DNA from: a virus
Taxonomy: Duplodnaviria > Caudoviricetes
IMG/VR virus record: IMGVR_UViG_3300014205_000181
Span: 32,001-96,000 of that record
Reading direction: 5' to 3' (one strand)
Length of the DNA: 64,000 nucleotides
Shown here piece after piece: positions 58,371-64,000 of this stretch (the first letter of the stretch is position 1; the number at the start of each line of letters is the position of its first letter). The position numbers and the translations under genes were made by a program. A model generated the notes under the pieces. That model saw only the letters and a list, made by a program, of their open reading frames with translations, ran no database searches and had not been told where the DNA came from.

Positions 58371-58571
58371 TGTTACTCCTTATCCATCATGGAATCAATC
58401 CAACATTCATAACAAAATTGGATTGTTTGACTATATGCGTATTTGCCAAATTGTTCTGCAAGAAATTCGTTGAATAAGGCATCTTCGGTCCAGACATTCT
58501 GAATTGAAACTCCGACAACTGATTTGGCTCCATTGTACGTCATGCTTTTCCCACAATTACTGCAATGCAAA

Positions 58572-58859
58572 TCACTCATTCCCACCACCCAAGTCAGGGC
58601 TAACAACACCCAGTGCTTGTTCAAGGATCATACTTGTTAGTTCATTCTCTTCATTCAAATCCCCAATTTTATTAGCAACGATACTTTTAGCAATTTTGGT
58701 AAACACCTTTTTATCAATGTCGTGTGCTTTTACCATTTGACTCTTTTCTAGCATAGTGTCATAAGCAGCATCTACACGAATTTTCATGTCTTCTTTAGCG
58801 TTTTCAAATTCAGTAAACGCATCTACCATTTCTTTAAGACCAGTTTTAATAAATTCCAT
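58572..58859 (-). CDS. Possible dsDNA-binding protein (T4 DsbA-like)
   Basis: Size and IDKKVFTKIAK pattern; weak resemblance only. Confidence 0.35.
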   Translation of the reverse strand: MEFIKTGLKEMVDAFTEFENAKEDMKIRVDAAYDTMLEKSQMVKAHDIDKKVFTKIAKSIVANKIGDLNEENELTSMILEQALGVVSPDLGGGNE

Positions 58860-59048
58860 TATTTCCCCTTATTTATTTTTAAGATCGTCTTCAATATCCT
58901 CAATACCTTCCATCGTATTCTCCAGAAGGCCATCTTCTCCGTTCATAATCTTTGCTGGCATCTTTACTACATCAACCGCTAACCTAATAGGCATAGATGT
59001 AGCATCCATAAGTGCATCTAAAAGTTTCATCTTTTACTCCCTTTAATT

Positions 59049-59171
59049 GAAATTGGGCAGGATTCAAACCTGCATTAGCTTTATTCACTTTAAGTGGTCT
59101 TCTATGGCCACACTATTCTACCAAGCCTCGCATAAACTATGTAGAGCGTCTACCTTTTCCGCCACCAATTT
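59049..59171 (-). ncRNA. tRNA-like RNA with enlarged anticodon and variable regions
   Basis: Acceptor AAATTGG/CCAATTT, D arm TGGCGGAAAAGGTAGACGC, T arm GCAGG-TTTGAAT-CCTGC; 19-nt loop in the anticodon arm; no CCA. Confidence 0.7.
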
Positions 59172-59181
59172 CAAATTTAAA

Positions 59182-60276
59182 TTAACTCTTCAAAGTACGC
59201 TTACGCCGAACAGGAGTTGGTTCAGGTTCTGGTTCCTGTACAGGAGGCTCGTTAGCAATCTTACACTCCATATTGATTGCGCACTTATCGCATTCCTCAT
59301 AATTGTCAAAATCAATTCCAAATTCTGCTTCAATAGGGCACTTCATTTCTCCGGTTTCTGTATTTACGCCGTTATCAGCATAGAGTGGAATATCATCACC
59401 CATTGAAGATTCCTGCTTCGCTTCTTGGACAGGAGGTTTAAGTTCTCTGCGATTAACAACAGGCTTATCGTCATCGGCACTACCACCAGTATTTTCCGTC
59501 TTACCCTTGGCAATGCTCATGATCTGTACGATCTTATCATAATCATGAAGAACGAGAAGATTGTCAAGAGCGTGAGCTGCTTCAATTTCTTCATCAGTAA
59601 TAATGTACTTCCGATCCTCAAAAACAGGAGGGGTTACTTCCCAATTGTCCCCAACCTTCTTTAGATTCATCCATACAGTCTTACCTTCATCTGGATCAGG
59701 GTACGGAATAAGACCACCACCACGGGGGCGCTTTGCTACTTCCTGCATCTTCTTCTCAAAGAAGAAGTGAGAATTTTCAAGAATCTGAATACCCTTCTTT
59801 TCTTCCTTTTCATCATTGCGGATGATTACATTATAAAGAACCCGGCGAGAAGGCCAAAGTTCAGCGTGATCTTTCTTGAAATCTTGGAATTCCTTCTTCT
59901 CCATTTGCCCTTGCTTGTACATCAGTTCAACACGCTTCTCACAAATCGGACAAGGGAGGTCATAGTTCTTCAACGGGCACACTACGGGCTTGTTAGAAGC
60001 ACCTACATTACGGTGAATCCAAACATCAAGAATATAAGTCAAGTCTCCTTCATTGATATTATAATCCTTAGTAGGGTAATTTGAGCCAGCCATAAATGGG
60101 ATAATATCAAACCCTAATTCTAGCCCTGCTTCAGTTGGCTTAACCATATATGAGAAAACCCCTTCAGGTACGTTGAAATAAGATTCATAATCGTTTACGC
60201 CACGATCCTTCGCCTTGTTCTGTTCCTCAATTCGCTTCTTGAGTTGTCCTTGCATCTGTTTCCGATCAATTGCCAT
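59182..60276 (-). CDS. Single-stranded DNA-binding protein (gp32-like)
   Basis: IIPF, VWIH, VVCP…PCPICE, YNVI, DPDEGK; recombination context. Confidence 0.75.
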   Translation of the reverse strand: MAIDRKQMQGQLKKRIEEQNKAKDRGVNDYESYFNVPEGVFSYMVKPTEAGLELGFDIIPFMAGSNYPTKDYNINEGDLTYILDVWIHRNVGASNKPVVCPLKNYDLPCPICEKRVELMYKQGQMEKKEFQDFKKDHAELWPSRRVLYNVIIRNDEKEEKKGIQILENSHFFFEKKMQEVAKRPRGGGLIPYPDPDEGKTVWMNLKKVGDNWEVTPPVFEDRKYIITDEEIEAAHALDNLLVLHDYDKIVQIMSIAKGKTENTGGSADDDKPVVNRRELKPPVQEAKQESSMGDDIPLYADNGVNTETGEMKCPIEAEFGIDFDNYEECDKCAINMECKIANEPPVQEPEPEPTPVRRKRTLKS

Positions 60277-60377
60277 TGTTCTTAATTCTCCCTTTTAATT
60301 ATGATAAAAAATTTTATGTAATTTCCACTTCATTCAGATTACCGGATGTTTTCAAAAACAAACATTTGTCGCGCACA

Positions 60378-60596
60378 TTATTTGTTTTCCTCTCCAATCG
60401 TCATATACCCTGTAATTGCACCAATCATAGGGACTAGACTAACCGTTCTAATTACCTCTGTTTTATACGGTGACTCAAAATCACAATCAATGAGTTTAGA
60501 GATATTTTGGCACCATCCAATAAAACCAATAACGATAATTGCGATAATGAGAATAATCCCACCAATACTGAATTTCTCTTCGAATGATAGTCCCAT
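60378..60596 (-). CDS. Small membrane protein
   Basis: TM helix; GWCQNI.KL..CDF. Confidence 0.55.
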   Translation of the reverse strand: MGLSFEEKFSIGGIILIIAIIVIGFIGWCQNISKLIDCDFESPYKTEVIRTVSLVPMIGAITGYMTIGEENK

Positions 60597-60600
60597 GATT

Positions 60601-60783
60601 TTAATCCTTCTTTACAGATTCAGCACGCCAATCCTTCATTAGCTTCGCAATTGCTGAACTTGCCTTCCGGCTACGCATACCAGCAGCAGCGTTTCCTTTC
60701 TCTACACGCTTCTGCGCTTGCTCGTTAAACTCCTGCATCATTTCGTTGATCTGTTCCAGTAGTGCCTTAAGATTACTTTCCAT
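60601..60783 (-). CDS. Hc1 / histone-H1-like small DNA-binding protein
   Basis: EKGNAAAGMRSRKAS…MKDWRAESV. Confidence 0.7.
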   Translation of the reverse strand: MESNLKALLEQINEMMQEFNEQAQKRVEKGNAAAGMRSRKASSAIAKLMKDWRAESVKKD

Positions 60784-61027
60784 TTTGTTGCTCCTTTTCT
60801 TTTGTTGTTTTTAAGTTCTTTATTGAACTTTCTTTAAAATCTTGTAATGCTAAATAATAACTTAGTTTTTGCTGATAATAATTAAAATATTTAACATTAT
60901 AGAATGTTCCAATTACCTCCTTATAGATTTTTGGTATAATATGAAGAATAACGATCCCCAAAATTATACCCGCCAATACCCATATCCAAGGGTTTGAAAT
61001 TAGGAATTTATTGATTAGTTCTTGCAT
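60773..61027 (-). CDS. Small membrane protein
   Basis: N-terminal TM helix. Confidence 0.45.
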   Translation of the reverse strand: MQELINKFLISNPWIWVLAGIILGIVILHIIPKIYKEVIGTFYNVKYFNYYQQKLSYYLALQDFKESSIKNLKTTKEKEQQNGK

Positions 61028-61028
61028 A

Positions 61029-61280
61029 TTAAAAAGGACAAGTATTATAAATTTCGTCTAGTTTTGAATCTGCCCAATGGAACAAATCTTCTGTAATATC
61101 TTTACTGCTGTCCCACTTCTTGGTATCTACTCCATCATGACTTTCCGCAGCATCTTCCATAGCTACCCAAGAACACCCTACGGCACCATAAAACATTTCT
61201 AATTCTTGTACTGTTTCAAATACGATGCTTAATTCAATTGGCTTAAATCCTTCTTGCGCTTCTTTAGAATTAATTTTCAC
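61029..61280 (-). CDS. Hypothetical protein, paralog of 61792..62031
   Basis: F.PI.L.I.FET..ELE.FYG…F.WA..KL shared. Confidence 0.6.
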   Translation of the reverse strand: MKINSKEAQEGFKPIELSIVFETVQELEMFYGAVGCSWVAMEDAAESHDGVDTKKWDSSKDITEDLFHWADSKLDEIYNTCPF

Positions 61281-61792
61281 TTTTCTCTCCTTTTAAGTGT
61301 TCTGTTTGGTTGTTTTGTTGGACTTGTTGTTTCTTGTTTAATCGGTTGCTCGTTTGAACCTCCAGCACGGTCAGTGGAAAAATATTGTGCGCTCCACATT
61401 TTGAACAATAAGTCGATCTGTTTTGACTTGTCCAAAAGAGAATAGTGAAAATTTTGGAACAAGTCAGCATTCGTTTTAGCATCTGCATATTCTAATCGTT
61501 TATGGACTAATTGTTCAAACATTTCAATATATTCTGGATTATTGTAAGCTGTTGCATCAGCAGCTTTGTCAGTAACCTTTTCTTGCTCTTGTTTTGCTTT
61601 CACAAACAACTGGAGTCGTAAAACTTTGAGGGAGTCTTCGATATTCTTTATCTGTGCTTCTAGCTTATTGGATGCCTTATTATATTCATGCCACTCATGA
61701 TCATATAGTGTAATTGTATGGGAAATATTCTGTGATTCAATGTGAAGATTATAAAGGTCGATTTTTGAATCCACTTCCGGTTTTAGTTCCAT
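61277..61792 (-). CDS. UvsY-like recombination mediator (tentative)
   Basis: Helical; IDLYNL..E, KVTDKA…NPEY, QYFS; context. Confidence 0.45.
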   Translation of the reverse strand: MELKPEVDSKIDLYNLHIESQNISHTITLYDHEWHEYNKASNKLEAQIKNIEDSLKVLRLQLFVKAKQEQEKVTDKAADATAYNNPEYIEMFEQLVHKRLEYADAKTNADLFQNFHYSLLDKSKQIDLLFKMWSAQYFSTDRAGGSNEQPIKQETTSPTKQPNRTLKRREK

Positions 61793-62031
61793 TATTTTAG
61801 CCCTTCCAACTTATTATTCGCCCACCAAAACATCTGCATTTGGAACACTTCTAGCCGATTATCATCCCACTTATTAACTTGACATTTACATATTGACCAT
61901 TCTTTAATGGTAGCAATTGATGCGTTTGTCATTCCATAAAAATATTCCAATTCTTCTCTTGTTTCAAACGTAATGTTAAGTGTAATTGGCTCAAACTGTT
62001 TAGTATCTACTTTCGTTTCTGAAATTTTCAT
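61792..62031 (-). CDS. Hypothetical protein, paralog of 61029..61280
   Basis: Shared motifs. Confidence 0.6.
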   Translation of the reverse strand: MKISETKVDTKQFEPITLNITFETREELEYFYGMTNASIATIKEWSICKCQVNKWDDNRLEVFQMQMFWWANNKLEGLK

Positions 62032-63338
62032 ACCAACTCCTCCAATGAGTTTGCGGTTGATTTATCAAGTCTAACTGTTTTATAAATAGGCAAAAACAAA
62101 CTTTTAATATTACTATTCTCTTTCTCAATTATTTCATTATACTTCACCTCAACCACTTTGTCAATGAAGTATTCTTTAGGCTTTAACCTATCCTTATCTG
62201 TCAACCCTGATCCACAACCACATTCCAATTTACCACACGATGTTTGTAGAATTAAACTTCCTATCATATCCGGGTTTTTGGAATGTGGCTCAACCCCTAC
62301 ACACAGCAGGTCAGCAGATTTCTCAGCTTTGAGTTTAATGTGATTCTTTAATCGCTTGTTATCCCAAATAGAACTCTTTTCTTTAACAATACAACCTTCT
62401 AGTCCCTCTGATAAATATTCTTGAAAAATTACTTCTGCTTCATTCCAAGAATTAATTACTTGGGTATTAATCAATTCTATTTTGCAGAATTTTAATGGAT
62501 GATCCCAAATAGAATTAATCAATCCTATCCTATCTTCCAGCTCAGATAGTCTATAGTTGTATGGAGCGGTACATTTCTCATTCCAAAAATCATCTAGTGG
62601 AATCATATCCCACAATACAATGTGGATAAGTTCAGCTTCCTCTAAAGCAATCGTCCCTTTTATCGATTTGTTAATAAGGCCATTACTCTCTTTCCTCGGT
62701 AAAAGCTCTCCATCTCTATAACAAATAGCTTCTCCATCAAACATGAAATTACCAACACCCGCCATGCTAATAAATTCTTTTTCTAGACACCCTTTTAAGT
62801 CAATTAATTTCCCGTTCCTTGATCTAAAAGAAACATTCCCATTTTCTACAATGACACAAACTCTTAACCCATCCATTTTGGTTTGGATAAATGCCGGAAA
62901 TGAGATATTTTTTCTAGTCTTTTCATTATTCCTTTCGCACAATGCGACTGGGAATACTTTAATTAAGTTCGGCCAGATTTTATTAACTGTCTTGTAATCA
63001 ACCCCACAATCTGGATCTTTTCGGATGATTCGCTCGATAAGATTAGCGTTTTCTGGAATTATGCAAGATAAAATTCGGCATAGATAATTAATACCCATAT
63101 CTCCAGTATATTCCCTACTAGACAAACTATAAAGAGAATTCATTCCCCATGACAAAGATAAATTATCTTCATTAAAATACTTAGGGATTTTCTTAATATA
63201 AAATATTTCCTCTGGCGAAAGAGCTAAGTAAAAGAATACACGTAGTTCTTCATTATCTTTATGTTCTCTAAGTATTTCTAATTTAGCATTAGTAGAAGAT
63301 GTCTGTTCTAGTAATTTAATAATATCGTATACTTGCAT
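62028..63338 (-). CDS. ATP-dependent DNA ligase (T4 gp30-like)
   Basis: QTKMDGLR, FDGE, EGCIVK, KLK, GSG, LFLP. Confidence 0.92.
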   Translation of the reverse strand: MQVYDIIKLLEQTSSTNAKLEILREHKDNEELRVFFYLALSPEEIFYIKKIPKYFNEDNLSLSWGMNSLYSLSSREYTGDMGINYLCRILSCIIPENANLIERIIRKDPDCGVDYKTVNKIWPNLIKVFPVALCERNNEKTRKNISFPAFIQTKMDGLRVCVIVENGNVSFRSRNGKLIDLKGCLEKEFISMAGVGNFMFDGEAICYRDGELLPRKESNGLINKSIKGTIALEEAELIHIVLWDMIPLDDFWNEKCTAPYNYRLSELEDRIGLINSIWDHPLKFCKIELINTQVINSWNEAEVIFQEYLSEGLEGCIVKEKSSIWDNKRLKNHIKLKAEKSADLLCVGVEPHSKNPDMIGSLILQTSCGKLECGCGSGLTDKDRLKPKEYFIDKVVEVKYNEIIEKENSNIKSLFLPIYKTVRLDKSTANSLEELV

Positions 63339-63413
63339 TTTGCCGATCCTGTTGCCGATGTTTATTGAGTGATTCTATATACTTATTTTGTAAAGTAATG
63401 ATATTTTTGCCGA

Positions 63414-63803
63414 TTAATCAACAATCTCAATTCCGGGACAATATTTACCCTTAAATGATTTGAACTTAGTTTTAAAGAATCCGTCTTTATTTTCTTTGGG
63501 GTTATTCTTGTCAAATACCTTTCTCTTTAAAGAAATGGCAGCATGGCACAAACCCATAATAGCGAGTACAAAAATAAAAACAGATAAGTGAAGATAAAAA
63601 TCAACGAAGAGGTTTATGATGAAATTTACGATGAAACCGGTTCCAATAATTGGGAGGGCGATTTCCCAGAAATAATCACAAAAGTTTCTGGGAACTTTGT
63701 AGTTAAAGAAATTATAAATCTTCCAATGCCAACTACGCTTACTAACTTTAAAACAATCCATTTGCTTCTCCTTAAAATTGATCTTTAAATTCAACGAACT
63801 CAT
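63414..63803 (-). CDS. Membrane protein
   Basis: SWHWK…NFCDYFW, two TM segments, KYCP. Confidence 0.55.
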   Translation of the reverse strand: MSSLNLKINFKEKQMDCFKVSKRSWHWKIYNFFNYKVPRNFCDYFWEIALPIIGTGFIVNFIINLFVDFYLHLSVFIFVLAIMGLCHAAISLKRKVFDKNNPKENKDGFFKTKFKSFKGKYCPGIEIVD

Positions 63804-64000
63804 TTAACGTATTCAATTCAAATCTAGTATTTATTTCATCTAATATAAAGTAAACATATTTTGACTTACTATCCCCTGTCTTTATAAGATTCCTTATAAT
63901 AGAAATTATATCCTCTTTCTTAATTGACGTTTGTGGCTTCTTCCTTGTTCTTTGTTTCTTTTTAGGATGATTACTGCATAAATTCCTGTACCATTCAGGA

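Noticed and set aside
59047-59406. 119-aa + strand ORF
   Set aside because: Antisense to the SSB gene and the tRNA-like element; no RBS or motif.
63391-63416. TAAAGTAA-N10-GCCGATTA on the + strand, plus weaker boxes at 1148 and 18502
   Set aside because: Off-consensus spacing or sequence, and the 63391 copy is antisense to local genes; not counted among the sigma28-like sites.
1-64000. Stop-codon reassignment suggested by the in-frame TAA at 54951
   Set aside because: All core genes are intact in the standard code and all three stop codons are used as terminators.

Overview
64-kb segment of a low-GC tailed dsDNA phage with a siphovirus-type gene order. The + strand (1-39.5 kb) is the late region. 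It holds an HK97-type prohead protease fused to an AAA+ ATPase, an HK97-fold major capsid protein, three tRNAs, head-completion genes, and a ~9-kb glycan biosynthesis/glycosyltransferase island between the tail terminator and tail tube genes. These are followed by frameshifting tail chaperones, tape measure, a lambda-like tail tip and lysis genes. After a bidirectional terminator (~39.55 kb), the - strand carries nucleotide metabolism genes (intein-containing class II RNR, dUTPase, ThyX-like, dNMP kinase, 5'-nucleotidase) and recombination/replication genes (split SbcC, SbcD, Endo VII, 5'-3' exonuclease, RecA, gp32-like SSB, UvsY-like, ATP-dependent ligase). Seven free-standing homing endonuclease genes are present, two of them apparently damaged. 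Most notable signals: (1) a covarying three-stem RNA element with a pseudoknot towards the RBS, in front of all three late-region HNH genes; (2) a self-contained putative virion-glycosylation locus with its own 6-deoxy-L-HexNAc pathway; (3) the protease-AAA fusion; (4) five sigma28-like promoter boxes, all on coding strands; (5) an oversized tRNA-like RNA behind the SSB gene. All product calls come from motifs and synteny read by eye; no database searches were run.
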